Source: Klebsormidium nitens (taxonomy: Eukaryota > Plantae > Klebsormidiophyceae). Taken from it: DNA of 64,000 nucleotides. Of this stretch, positions 34,830-48,516 are shown piece after piece. The notes below the pieces were generated by a model, which saw nothing but the letters and a program-made list of their open reading frames with translations, had not been told where the DNA came from and made no database searches. Position 1 is the first letter of the stretch; each line of letters starts with the position of its first letter. The stretch spans positions 1-64,000 of the forward strand of contig DF237244.1 of assembly GCA_000708835.1 (NCBI GenBank), written 5' to 3'. The position numbers and the translations under genes were made by a program.

Positions 34830-37816
34830 ATGGGAAGTGCAGCTTCGGTACTCACGCAGTACGACATTGAGGAAGTTCAGGTCCACTGCAATGGGGCATG
34901 TGAGGGTTCTGGCTCCTTACTGGCCTCATCCTTGACTGACAAATTGGTAATACTGTTTGCGCTTATGCACGAATGGCCCCTTAACAAGGTGCCCCTTCCA
35001 GTTGCCCAGTCCTGAGGGTACAAAATCCTCACTACTTTTGACTAGAACCACACGCGGACGTAAAAGTATTCTTGTAGCCGAGTACCTGTCCAACACAGAC
35101 TGTAAGTCCTTGGGTCAGGGAGATAGGATGTTTGTCATGCAAGGTCACTGAAATGCACGAACGGAAAGAAATGGCACACTGTCTGAGCTCAGGAAACGGC
35201 ACTGAGTGTTGTAGGCTCACAGATAGTCACAAGCCTCTCATGATCCAACATTGAAGCTAGGTCTAACCAGGAAGGGAACTGCATTGGCTACCCTTCTGGA
35301 TATGGTTACCTATGGTGGTCTATTGACTTTGTTGCAAGCCGATGGACGCTATCCTGTGGAAACCTCCGCTTTGTTGAACACTCGTGCCATTTGACATTCT
35401 GAAACGGCCAACAATCTGACCTTGCAGTTTCTCAGAAGGAGATTGAGTCTTTGTACAAGCGCTTCTGCGCCCTGGACCGAGGCGGGAAGGGGTACCTAAC
35501 GGGGGACGAGGTCATGAGTATACCGGAGTTTGCACTCAATCCCATTCATCAGGTGAGCTTTCCCATCGGGCTTTCGCATCCATCTATGTTCCTACGAGTG
35601 TTACTACTGTGCCCTAACAATCGAAGTCATTACCTGTTTGAGGCGCATGGGAAGAAGCAGGATCCTTCTTGAGGTCACTCCAAATAAAGGAGACATTCCT
35701 GTTCAGATCAGCTGGGTTGTCGCTTTTGAAAAAAGAGTAGGACGGGCCTTTGAGAAGATCACTAGAGGCATGCAGAGGTGTACTCATTGAAGGACTGTGC
35801 TTGAAACAACTTTTGGCAGCCGGGTCAGTATCTCACCCTCTGCCTCTCACTCCTGGCTTCCTCTCTGATTTCGACAATTTACCACCGTGATGTTTCGGGT
35901 TTTCCATAAGGCTGATTCGTTGCTTCAGTCTGTAACAATATTAAGCTTCGGGTCTAATTTCTTCACATTACGTTGTCTTGTTTTGAAGACCCAGCCGTAA
36001 CCCTTTGTCGTCGCCCTCCTATCAAAAGGCCATTGCCACAGGGCACACCTCCGCCCTGATAACGCATAGTAACCAAAAGATATTGAATGAGATATGAGCC
36101 CGATTTGGTTTCGTAAGCTGTCTCCTTTCGTTCTCCCAGAATCTATGTTCTTTTCAAGCCCGTTCATTTGCTAATAAGCAAGGCGAGAGGCAACAAAACC
36201 GCAAGTCCGGTCCTAATAGCCGCAAATGTTACCCAGTCCTTTCAAACGTGAAGGAGAGCGGCTGATAGGTCTATTTCTGGTGCTCGGTTCTATCATTGTC
36301 CTCAAAGCAATGAGGGCGTCTGTCTGCTTGAATCCCCGACGGCTGACTTCAAAACCCTTTATTGCGCACCGCTCTCCGTTTCTAGATTTCCCAGCCCTTC
36401 CGATCGCAGTTGGACTCGAAACTCGCCCGTACAGGAATCAGAACGACTGCCCTTCAATGCCCATGAATGTAATCGCCGGAAGTGCCAGCCTAAGCCACAC
36501 GACCAAACTGGTGTTTCAACATTGATACGGCGACCGTCTTTTCACGAGCCTGTTTCGCTCCCTTTTTGCAGAGGCTTCTGGTCTCCTTCGAGGGCGTCAA
36601 CTTTAAGGACTTCTGCGGCGCGATGGCGGCCTTCAGCTCCCGAGCAAGCATGGAGAAGAAACTAAGATGTGAGCACCAGTGCCTCCCCTTGGGGTTGCGT
36701 GTTGCTTCTCGAAGTCGGCTGATGAGGAAGAAATTGGCATACCGTTGCTAGGCGGAGGTTGCGGAGAAACATGCTGCTTGTCGGGCGCCAGTCTTCGTCA
36801 TGCGTTTACGCCACAATCGGATTCGTTGGGTCTTTGATTGCGGAGTACGAAAGAGTCGTTTCGTGAATCTGGGGGAAGCACGAGAGCATGTCTCTGGGGG
36901 ACGAGGGTGACAATCATCAGGAGCGGAGGCGCAGATTGATCCCGGCGCTGAACGTCTAACGGTCAGCGAGACGAGAGATTTGGCGTCCATGACCGTGTAT
37001 CTGGTAGTGTCAATGAGAAGGTCGTGCTACACGTGAGGACCGTATCTGGTCGCAAGCGGAACAACGCGTCATTGACGTTCGCTTTTTTGCAGTCGTCTTC
37101 AACGTGTATGACGCCACCGGGAAGGGCACAATAGGGCGGGAAGACATGCTGCAGATTCTGCGCGACATGACGGGGTCGTTCCTGACAGAGGAGCAACGGC
37201 AGGTGCGTTTCCAGACGCGGGGAGCACGTCAACTTGTAAAGATTCTCCGCAAACCTTATGCACAGATTGAGAAAGGATTCTTCGTTTGGATAGACCCCCG
37301 AAAAGTTGACTCATTGGCTCACCGCAATAGAGAAGCGTCACTCGGTTTGACGAAGCTTTGTCGCATGCGGAGAGTCTTCAAAGCTCTGCGTCATCTGACA
37401 CGATCAAATGGAGATTCTTCGTCATGCTTGACGTCAGGAAGACGGACGACGGACGTTTGCAAGTCATTCAAAAGCACAAAACGCGCGGTTTTTTGTCAGC
37501 TTTTATGTGCGTCCTTCGTCTTCTCAAATCCCTCATCATTCTCTTGCGTATGTGCAGAGAGCGGTGACCCGGGCACTGGAAGAAGCAGGCTTCTCCCAGA
37601 ACCCCGCATTAACGTTCTCGGACTTTTCGAAGGTGAGGCACCTAAGAATTCTTTCCACAGCGGGCCTTTTGTGTTTCGGAACTTCAGGAGGCGATATGAT
37701 AGGATGCATCAGCACGGCAACGGGAGGAAATGGCTAACGGCTGGCTTGTCGTCCTTTTGCAGGTCATGGGAACCTCCAGTTTTTCTCTAGAAGTAGAGGT
37801 TCCGACCCTGGATTAG
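34830..37816 (+). CDS. Calcineurin subunit B-like EF-hand Ca2+-binding protein (6 exons)
   Basis: MGSAASVLTQYDIEEVQ; FSQKEIESLYKRFCALDRGGKGYL..IPEFALNP; VNFKDFCGAMAAFS; VFNVYDATGKGTI..ILRDMTGSFLTEEQR; ends LEVEVPTLD*. Confidence 0.88.
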
Positions 37817-39174
37817 GCAGCTTCTCGTTCTCAGTAGGACGGCCACAGCATCCGCAAATTGTTTGCGGTCAAATTGTACAGAATAAGTCCCTTTAGGGGA
37901 GTCCGATCACGAGTTTCCCTTGTGGTGGCCAAGAAAATCTTGGCAAGTCTGGCGTTGCGTCCGTCAAACGAAGTAAAACAATCAGGCAATCAGTCTACAG
38001 GTCCAAGTCTCGTCGAAGTCAGAAGTGGGCCAAAATTTGTGCCCGCTGGTTTGCACCGACAGCCTGCTGAAATCAAGAGAGGATGATTCAAAGTCAATCA
38101 ATCTGATCGGATCGAGGCTTGGGACCGAGCCCGGCTTCATGTAGGGAATCCAAAAGCTGATTGTCCGGTCCGTTGAAGCATGCCGAAGTGTCCCTGCAAG
38201 CATGCTGCATGTCCGTGCATCTGCTATGCTCCTTCTTGGCGGTGACCAGGGGCCTCAATTGGAGCTGCGCACAACGACTTGTTGAATGGAGCTGTGCACG
38301 CGAACTTCGGCAGTTCGAATGCGCGGCAACTGCATGGAAACTGCATTGAAGTTTGACTCGCACAAGTAAGGTCTCAGCTTTTGTCGATCGGCGTGCATGG
38401 CAACCGCATGCAGCAATGTCGCAACCATGCCAGTTTCCGAGCTTCGACAACTTGTGAGCTATCATTGCTGTCCATACGAAATGCGAATTATCATGCGTTT
38501 GATTCTCATACAATTTGATGCATGTCGTAAATGTGACCGCCATCTCGTTAAGTCGTGTGCAGTGCACAGGCGTGGCATGCTTGGCCGTTTTCGAGTGCCT
38601 GTGACCAAGGTCGAAGTTGCAGGTTGTGAGCACTCAAAAGCATACTCATGACACCTATCGAGCTTTTCAATCTCCACTTCCTTTACCAGCTGGACTATTG
38701 TACAGTATGCACAGTTGAACTATTCGACTGCTAGCCAGAATAGTATTAGGCTGTTCTTCCGTGGCTTGCAAAAGCTAGGGGCATCGAGACACGGCGAGCT
38801 CCTGCAAGCGAACGTAACCAATTAGCGACCTGATGATTAGGGCGATCATGATGCTTATGCTGCTTAGAGCGTCTTTGTTACGGCGAAAAACAAACTTTCT
38901 TTGATGGTGGCAAAAGGAAAAAGCACACTGCGGGGAACAAGAAGGACCTTCTCAGGGTCTTGCCACAAAAACATTCCAGACCTCTCACCAGAAGTGTGGG
39001 CGAACCATGCGGGCAGCCGCTCTCCAGAAATACTCAAGCACACGGTTAAGCTCTCGTTCCGAACCGACCAGGACAGCCCCAACTAGTATACAAGTAGAGG
39101 AGACAAACGCCTACCTTCGGAGCTCGTCTTGACGGGGGGATCCCCCAGCAGCGGCAGCCACGGTTGCACGGGTG

Positions 39175-42100
39175 TTATCTGGCCGGGGGCAGGCCCGCGG
39201 CCGCTGCCGTTGCGGCCCGAGCGGCCCTTCGGTCGGCCTTTTCTTGCTCCGCCAGCATCTCCTTGAGCTTTTTGGCCAGAGTCTCGAGGGCCTTCTTCTT
39301 GGCGGCCTGGAAAACGGTTTCCAACCACAGTTCAGCGTGCCGCAATCGGAAAGGCTTGGAACACTGCAAACCTAATACGGAACACCTTTTCCGAGCTGTC
39401 TAAACGAGAACTTGCAGGCTACTAGAGAAGGGTCGACTCTCTAGTAGCCTGCAAGTCGTCGTTGAAAAGTTGCAGAACATTGATAAGCCTCTCAGGGTCG
39501 CAAAGGCGCCGATAATTTTTTTGCCGAAAACGGAGTCCGTTCTGGGGAACCTGCACACCGGTTATTGAAGAGAGTGAGAATTGCAGTCTGACAGGCTTTG
39601 TGGTTTGCGAAGCAAAGAGTGGTCACCGCTTTTTGAAGCCCTCGAGATATATCGATACCTCGCTCTGTTCGCATGTGTTCTACTTCTTTGTTTCGATGTA
39701 CAGACATCGAGAAGCGGCCTTTGCTCATATTATAACGCTGAGACGCAGACCTGTAGCAAAGAACGTTCGAGGTGACGTTTGCTGATATGCAATTTGATAG
39801 CATCGAACACGCCGTTGTGGCAGCCCACAAAGTGGTGTACAAAGGAGCGGCATCGTGGGGCCACGCAGAAAGTCCAATGCTTCGTAGATTTGACGTACAT
39901 GTTTGAGTTGCCTCAGTTCTTGAAAAATCAACCCTTGGATACAGGCTCTACGAGTATGAGCAGGTTTTTTCCCACGCCTCGGAGCAAGACCGGCTTCTGT
40001 GCAAAAGACCAGCGTCTGTGACCGGCTTCTTGAAAGCACTCGCCTCTGTGTCACTTCATTCAAGCGGGAGCTCGGGACCTCAGAAAGCAAAACGTTTTGA
40101 GCACCAAACTTGAAGACCAAAACCGGCACGAGGTGCCGTTTCTGGATGCCATTTTCTCACCTGCTTTCCGCCGCGGAAGACCCCCTTCTCGGGCATCTCC
40201 TTGAACTTTTCCGCCACAATGATTACTGTCCGGGGGTCCAGCGCTGGATAGTACTTTTCTCGCAACTCCTGCATGGACGTCCGAAAGTTGCACCCTTACA
40301 TTTCCTCTTTCCAAAAGGATGCAACGATAGTCCCATCTGGTCGGAAGGTTTTCAGACTGCTGGTTGATACCCCTGCTGCCATAAAAAGTGTGCACCAATC
40401 AAGGTCGGCCATAAGCGCAGGGAGTCTGTTCGAATTTGTTTGCGCATAACTGACAATCAGTTGTTGATTGGCAGCTCGTGACTGCACGTTGAAAAAAGGT
40501 ACATGCCACTCGCTCGTGGCGCATATCGAGGGCTACCACTTCGGAAGTACGGAGTTTCCAGGTTGCGCTGGTCAGTTAACAAGACAAACCGTGATCAAAC
40601 AGGAAGCGAGCAATTTCGCCAGTCAACCCCAAACAAAGCAGGGACTGTTCTTCCGCTATCGGAGGGGTGTTCCAGGTCGCAGAAAATGGTTACTGCGAGC
40701 CGCTCTGTAGGCTCTTGCGCCAATGCACTTGTTAACCCGTCTTTTAACCCACTTGCTCAAGATAGAGCTCCAGTTGATTCTTTTTTAAAGCTAAGTTCGT
40801 CAATCCAATCTCCTCCGCAAAGCCTCTCCTTTATTTTTAACATGACCCTCCACATAACCGACTTGTTAACCTGCCACATGCCCCACCTGCTCCAGTCACA
40901 GCTCCGGTTGATTCCCCAGCAGAATTGTCGGCCGATGCGCCTCGGCAAAACCTCTCGTTCATTGCCTGAAGAAAACTCCTCCACATAACCCACTTCTCAA
41001 AACCTGTCTACAAACCCACCTGCTCGAGATACAGCTCCGGTTGATTCCCCAGTAGTAGATTCGTCAGCTGGCGCGCCTCTGCGAAGCAGCTCTTGAGCCC
41101 CGCGCTCCCGGGAAGGTGCTCCAGCCCGCTGGAGCGGTACTGCTCGTCGGCAAACGCCTCGAGCACGCGCAGGTCGGCGTCGATGCCCTGAACCGCGAAG
41201 ATGTTGTAGCGCTTCACCTCGTCGCCCGCGAGAGTCGCCACGATGCAGTCGGAGATGTGCTTCATCACGCTCGCGCTGACCTGGGGGGAAAACAGCGGAC
41301 GAGATTGGATAAAGTGGGAAAACGGAAAGAAGGAAAGCAAGCTGGGTCGAAGAGAGTGTGGCACGGTTATCGTGAAAGGAGTCGGAAGAGTGCCAGAAGC
41401 GGGAGCATTTGCAGTCGGAGATGTGCTTCATCACGCTCGAGCTCACCTGAAGGAAAACAAAAGATGAGAATAAGAGATTAGAAATCTGGAGAAGAAATCA
41501 AATGCGAACGAGAAGGGAACGAAAGCTATATCGAAGGGACCACGAAAATTTTCAGAAAATGCTTGGACAAGTAGCGTTTGCAGTCGGAGATGTGCTTCAT
41601 CAAGCTCGCGCTAACTGGGGAAGAAATTACAAAGGAATGGATGAGAAGAAACAGAGCGTGTCACGGGGACCGTGAAGAGTTTGGAGAAAGAGATTGAACT
41701 GAGAAAGAGAAGTGGAGAAAAGAAGGAAAGCACAATTTACAAAATTCCGGAACGGTTCAAAGGACACGAAGACAAGGATCTTTTGCAGTCGGAGATGTGC
41801 TTCATCACGCTCGCGCTGACCTGGGGCAATGGACGGACGAAAATAAGAGGCTAGCAAACTAGAGACGGGACTGAATGACAACGAGGAGGGAAGGGGAGGT
41901 AAGGCCAAGATACCGCGAATCGACTCAGAAGATGCGAGGACAAGCGTTAGGAATTCGGTTCATTACGCTCGCGTTGACCTGGGCGGGGAGAAGGGAGGTG
42001 GTCACGACGGAATTGGAACAACTGAAAGGAATACACAGAATATCGTGAAGCTGTCCCGGGTGAGCCCAACGAGCGCGCGATCCCGAGGTCTGGCAACTGA

Positions 42101-45100
42101 ACTCCAGAACTCGCATAAAAGGTGGTCACGATAAGCAATCGAAACAGTGTACAAAAGCGATGACACATGGCGGAGACGAAGGGAAACCAGTGTATGAAAT
42201 GACAGAAATAACGAGCTTTCTATCTTACCTTCTCGAATGCGACCAGTGGGGGCACATCGACCGCGACCCCGAGCGTCGGTCCAACTTAGACTGTGACTGC
42301 TCACGTTCTCGACACGACGCATGTACGAAGTGATTCTCGCAGTAACAGACATTTGCATTGATACTTTGAATAAAGCGTAAGGAGTAAGAACACCGTTACC
42401 TTTTCAAAGGCGTCCAGTGGGAGCACATCGACCGCGACTCCGGGCGTGGTATCCATGAACAGCAGCGCCTCCTACCCCTCCGATTCCTTCTGGTTTTCAA
42501 AATCCAAAGAGCTGCATAAATTTTGGACCACTGTATCACTCTTCAACAGGATTCTGCAATGTTCCTTTGACAGAACTGTATACAAAGATTCCCTACCTTT
42601 TCGAAGGCGTCAAGCGGGAGCACGTCGACCGCTACCCCGAGCGTGGTGTCCAGGAACAGAAGCGTCTCCTGCACGTAGTCGTTGGCCGTGCGCGCCGGCT
42701 CGTCGGGCAGCCACTCGATGCGGTTCGTACCGGCCATAAACTCGTCGATCTTGCTCTTGAGCAGCTTGATCATCAGGTCGTGCGCCACCGCCTACGGAAT
42801 TCAAAATTCACTAAGTTGGTTCAAAACGCACAATTCGAAATCTGGGGAACTACTCGTAAATTCTTTCTGCTCTGGAGCAGCTTGATCATCAGGTCGTGCG
42901 CCACCGCCTGGGCAACGGGACAGTTCCAGTCTTCGAAAATTGGGGTCGTGGGGATTAGGTATTCGAAACATAATGGAGTCTCCTGACAGCTCATCATCGG
43001 GTCTCGGGGGCCGATGTCTGTGGCACTGTCGCCTGAGAAATCGAGTCACCGAACCTTTAATAAGAAAGTGCAAGTAAGATTGAAAGCAGGTAGAAGTAGA
43101 TTCGCTTTCATGCAGAGTACATCCACTGAAGTGGAGAACCGGCCTTCTTTCGACCTTCGGGCAAGCCCAATCTCACTGAATCGTCCTCGCATCGAAGCAC
43201 ACTCTTAATGGGTCGACGTTGCAACGGCTGCTCTCTTAAAATTAGCGGACGAACCCGCTCAACCCCCTCGTTCACGGCGTTCTGTGAAACATAGGGAAGT
43301 TCTGGTGGCGGGAGTGACCGAGACATGACACGTGCGTAATGCCCTTAACATCAAGCATCCACCTCACCTGGGACCGTCGCAGCGCGGAACGTGACGTCAG
43401 GCCCCCATGCGGCCCTTCGATGAGGCGAGCCGGGATGCCGCACAGCTTGGCCGCAAACTCGGCGAAGTAGCCGCACGCGCGCTCGAGCACCGTCATGTTG
43501 GCCGCGATCTGCATCGCCTGGGACACCTGCGAAAAAGGTAGCGGACACAATCTTCAGCTTGGTATACCAGATGACTTCGTATTTAGTCAGCTTAGGTTTG
43601 TTTGTGTGGCCCCCATTCGGTCCTACGAGACTCTACCAACGAAAGCCTTGCAGCCCAACACTATGCTCAGATCCAGCGATCGGTAAGCTGATTGCGCCTG
43701 TCAATATTCGGAGCTGCCTGTTCGCCAGCTTTAAACACAAGTCGGTGCTCGAAAGCCTTTCCACTCGCTGAGTCATTCGTTTATTTGAAGCATTCCTTCT
43801 CCTTGCCAGCCCTCCATGTCGATTCCGTCAAGCTCTGCCGATCGGAACCACAGCCGTTTGTAAGCCCTCGACCCCGAAGTCGAGACAGGGACAAGGAAAA
43901 AGCGAGAAATTGTTGTCCGAGTCATACCTGCAGCGAGGGCGTCTGGATGACCCGCAGCAGCGCCTCGTTGAGCACCGACGTCAGCAGCCGGTCCAGGTAC
44001 CGCTTGACGACGTCATACACGTCCATGTGCGCGCCGTGCGCGAGGAAGCTGACCGAGTCCTCGATGAAGCTGCGCACGACGCGGCAGCACTGCGGGACCG
44101 TCGCGGAGAAGGGCGCGACGTACGGGAACGCGACGGGCGCGTCGGACGACTGCAGCTTGAACGCGACCACGTCCATGTCGTACTCGAACTCCTTGCGCAT
44201 GACCATCTTCTGGTACGTGTCGTTGGCCAGCGCATCCTGCGGGGGGAAATTTGTGAGTGAAAACCTGAGATTTGCATGAGTTTTGCATCTGGGAGGCAAG
44301 CCTGTTGCTCCGATGCTTCTTATAAGAGACACTAGCGAGAGCTTCTCGCGCATCACCATCTTCTGGTACGTGTCGTTGGCCAGGGCATCCTGCGGCGAAT
44401 AAGTTGCGAGATCAATTTTAGAAGTGGCCTCTGTGAAGGTGGGTTTGGCGAGACGATGCTTCTGGGATGTGTTATTGGCGATATCATCCTGCGGGGGAGG
44501 ACTTGGGGTTTAGGCTTTGGTTGTAAATCTGAAAGGTGGGTTTGCCAAATCGACAACTTCTGGTGTGATAGGCGAGCGCATCCTCGGCTTTGAGAACACT
44601 TCTCTGATGTCACGGCCTCCGCACTTCCGATCTGACCCCTCTGCCCGCTTTCTTTGGCTCTTGCCCTCTGAGAAGGCCCGATATTGACTGTGGAGAGTTG
44701 TCAATCAAAAGCATTAGGCCACATTGACTAATCATGCCTGTCACGCCTTGACACGTTTGCTTCGTCAAGATGGCTTGCACCAGACGCACGAATTATCTTC
44801 GCCCAACTTCAAGCTCTGAATAACAATGTCATATCTGCAGATTGTGCTCGTTGTTTTCTAGTCGGTGACTATGAAGCATCGATGAGCTGTCCGCCTTTAG
44901 AATCGATTATGGAGAAGCGTAGTCGGCACTTGATCGGAATTTGACAACAGCACGTCCGCAATCTTTTGAGCCGAGCGTCCCTTGCCTGTATCTTTTTGGA
45001 GCAGTCGTGCAGCAGCATCTCGTGGTACTTCTCGCGCGTTGTGTCGAGGACGTCGAGCAGCGGGGAGACCTGGTAGCCGTACCGCCGCAGCGTGGCGCAC

Positions 45101-47198
45101 AGCAGAGACACAAAGTCCTTCACCAGGAGCAGAGTGGTGGCGGTGGTCATCCTGGGGGGCCACAAAATACGAGATGAGATTCTGTGCGACTATAAAGAGA
45201 TGGGGAATCAATGCATATTAAGGTGAAGTTATCGGAGAGGGTATTGTCCAAGTATGTGAGGCGTAGCCTCCGAAGGTGAGAATAGGTGAGGCAAGATGCG
45301 GTCGGAACAAAAGTTTTTGGGCTTTTTGCGGATATCACAACGCACAGACGAGATTGCGCCGTAACTCATACAATTAAAACAAAGAAAAACAAGGTGACTC
45401 TGATCAGGAACACAGAATAGAAAAACTTCCTGAACAGCGACAACGAGAAGTAAAAGGAGACAAGCGTGCAGCTATAGTCCAGTTGCCAGTCGGGCTAAGC
45501 GCACCCAGATTCTGTTTTGCTTCCACTTCTAACCACTCTCCAAGGGCCAATAGCTAGTAGTAAACAGAGCGAACTGTGGGGACAGCAATAAGCGGAGCGA
45601 TTTGTTATCCTTTTCTAATGCACTCTTGTCGGCATTTGTACTCGATCAGTTAAACAGCGCCAGGCTGAGATCTGATACTTGGGCTTGATACTGCACCCAC
45701 TGCTGCTTCTCAAGAATTGCACTGGTTGAGAAGGCTGGGTTACCCCCCACATTTGCCTCCAGTTCTTACTAAGTAAAAAGATTCCTTCGATTTTTCAACC
45801 GCGCCTGCGATTTGAAAGACCAGCAACAGAAAAAACACGTGTCAAATACCTCCAATTGTATTCTGCAGACCGAGAGCCTTCTCCATCTTAGCTTGAACCA
45901 CCAAACCAAAACGATCCTGCCGAAATGAACCCTTCGATGATAACAAGGATCTTCAGGAACCTCCCAAGCCGGTAGCCCCCAACTAAAGAGCCTCTCAAAT
46001 GGAAGACTCAACATCGAACCGTGCAATCCGCAATACCCCCCGGCCCTCACCTCGAGAACTGTTCCTCCATGACCATGCGCATCTTGGTAATCGCCCCCTC
46101 CCACAGATTGTCCACCTGCGCGCTTGACACCAACCCTCCCGCCGTCCTAAGTACCCGGTCCTCGACCACAAAGAACCCCGTGATCTGCGCAAAGTACCCT
46201 TGGTACCCCTCCAGAAACGACTGCCCGGGCTGAAACTGCAGGTCGGAATTGAGCTGCAGCTGCCGGTTCCTGTAGTAATAGTCCCGGAACTGGTCTTGCA
46301 GCCCGAGACACGTATGGATGTAGTGCGCGCGGTAGACGGGGGTCAGGTCGAACTTGAGCAGCGAGTCGTCCTCCTCGATGTCTTCCACTTCCAGCATGTA
46401 GATCCCCTCGCGGTGCCCGGAGCGCGTCTGTTCCTCCGCCTGCCGCTGCCGGCCCCTCAGGTCCTTTTCCCTCTGCCGTGCGGAAGCGGCTTGTCCAATG
46501 GACTGCCGTCCGATGTCTCGAGAGATCCCCCGGATGTGCACCAGCCAATCGCTGAACTCCTTGCTGACCTTCTTCTCAATGTGGAGCCGACTCGCCGGGA
46601 TCTGCTTCTCGAGGTAAACCCTAAGCGCTCTTGCGGGGACTCTACGCAGATAGTCCCGCTCGATATTGTCGAGTGTTTTGAGCGCAGGGTAGTACTGATC
46701 CCTCGCAATGTGCTCGTTCACCTTCACGCACAGGTCGACCACCGCCTTGCACTTCTTTAGCCCCACAATTGCCTCCGTCAGGTTCTTGCTGATGTCATGG
46801 TGCTCCACAAGCTCATCTACCCTCGACAGCGTGGCACTCCCAACCTTCTGCAACTCGGCATTCTGGTCGCTCAATCCGTTTTTCAGCTCCACCGCATCGA
46901 CCAGCACGTACCGAAGCTCGTCTACCGCGTGAATGAACTCCTCGTAATGCAGCCGGCACAGCTCCTCAATCTCGCTCTCCTTCTTCTTCACGAACCCCTT
47001 CAGCTGATGCAGGAGGCCCTCTGGTTTGCTCATTTCGAAGGCGGACCGCACCACCGGTCCAAGGTCCTCATTGTTTGCAATCAGCGAAGCTAGCGCTGCG
47101 TCGTCGATGCCCACCGGCCCATCAGGGGGCCTGTGCATATCCCCGTTTGTGCCGGCGGCAGCGCCCCGGAAGCCGGACTGCCCCCTGTTGACCGCCAT
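39175..47198 (-). CDS. SEC15: Exocyst complex component SEC15 (8 exons, one GC-AG intron)
   Basis: EDLGPVVRSAFE..EIEELCRLHYEEFIHAVDELR; FDLTPVYRAHYIH; FFVVEDRV; VAFPYVAPFSATVPQCCRVVRSFIEDS; YPALDPRTV; KKKALETLAKKLKE. Confidence 0.95.
39410..39456. repeat. Perfect 19-bp inverted repeat with 9-nt loop in the last SEC15 intron
   Basis: acttgcaggctactagaga-agggtcgac-tctctagtagcctgcaagt. Confidence 0.92.
40745..44585 (-). repeat. Arrays of degenerate splice-junction duplicates in SEC15 introns
   Basis: Donor copies at 40745-40776, 40880-40950, 42225-42283, 42397-42471; acceptor copies at 41410-41447, 41579-41613, 41784-41822, 41959-41981, 42871-42910, 44350-44395, 44460-44495, 44555-44585. Confidence 0.85.
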
Positions 47199-48516
47199 AT
47201 CGCGTGATTGGCCTTGCAGGGCGCCCTGATCCACCAAGTGCGCTGACCATGCCCTTCTGAAGTTCGTTGTACAGCGCTAGCTGCCATGAGATTCTGATCA
47301 GCATCCCTAGAGGCTAGTTGTGTCACAAAATAAACAAGTGTGCAGGCGCGCGCAGGCGCGGTATTCCGTTTTGATTCCGGTGTTCCGCGTATCCGGCCAC
47401 GACGACCAGAACTCAGGTGCCACATGTCATCACCACCTGCAGATTGATGTCGACACTGTCATCTGCAATTTATTAGGTCTATGATGGCGGGCCAGAATCT
47501 AGAAGGGAGACCACGTGGCTGGCTCAAAGCCGTTTCCTCGCCACAAGTTTCCCAACGAAGAAGAGTCGAGAGGCTTCCTCGGACCTCCCTGTCGCCAGGA
47601 TTTGCACCTGGCGCAATCACAGCGACGTCATGGCGGCAGCATCTACCGGTAGTGGAATCGCCTTCAGGGGCTTCGACTGGACACGTCGCCTGGCCCCTGC
47701 AGACTGCCCTGTCGACATACCTGTTCCTACCTAAAACTCTCAGACAAGGCTGGCAAGCCCGCAGACCGAATGCGGATGCTTCTTCAGGAGATCTGCATGC
47801 AGGAGCTTTCCTTGTGACCACTGCTCATCAGAATCATTTGAGCGCGCAGTCCAGTGATTGCGGATTCACAAAGCTGGTAAAGTCTGCTGTATTGACGCAG
47901 CAACGTTTTCACCAGCTCACGTCGTTGCGCCACTTCTGCATTCTGTGTGAGCGCTTGCGCCCGTCGTCAAGTGGTTCAAGGTAAGGGCAGCTGACGCATC
48001 TCTGTCATTGCATTTGTGTGTTAACGTTGCTGGAGGGGAGTGGTGTGGCGCGCCACAGTCTGGTGAAGACTGTAACGTGGCATTTGTTGAGGTAAAAGGC
48101 TGCAGTATAAGTGATTCGATCTGGAAACCCGCGCGCACAGAGTGTCAGCTGAAGTACATAAATGGAAGCACGAGAGCCTATGCTGCAATCGATGATATCA
48201 TCTATGTTGGACTTGTCGAGCTAGGCTGGTTGTGCTGCAAGTTCAGCATGATGCAGAGAGAAACATGTGCTCTGCTGATGCAGATCTGCTAAGCTCATCC
48301 ACTTAGAGAGCCCCTGAACAGTAGCATTGCGTTCTGGCTCAGGTCGACTAGCGCCTTTCCTTGTCCTTCTTTACACGACCTCTTCTCTTTGCAACCAAGA
48401 CACCAAGCTCAAGTTCCAAAAACTAACGCTTCTCGAAGTATGATGTTGTGACATCTGGCACATTCTCGCAGGTCTGTTCATACGCGGCATGTTCACACCT
48501 TTCTTGCACTTTGCAG

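Noticed and set aside
41244-41981. CRISPR-like repeat/spacer pattern (~38-nt repeats with unique-looking spacers)
   Set aside because: The repeats are copies of the SEC15 acceptor and exon start, with 120-165-nt spacers; reported as junction echoes
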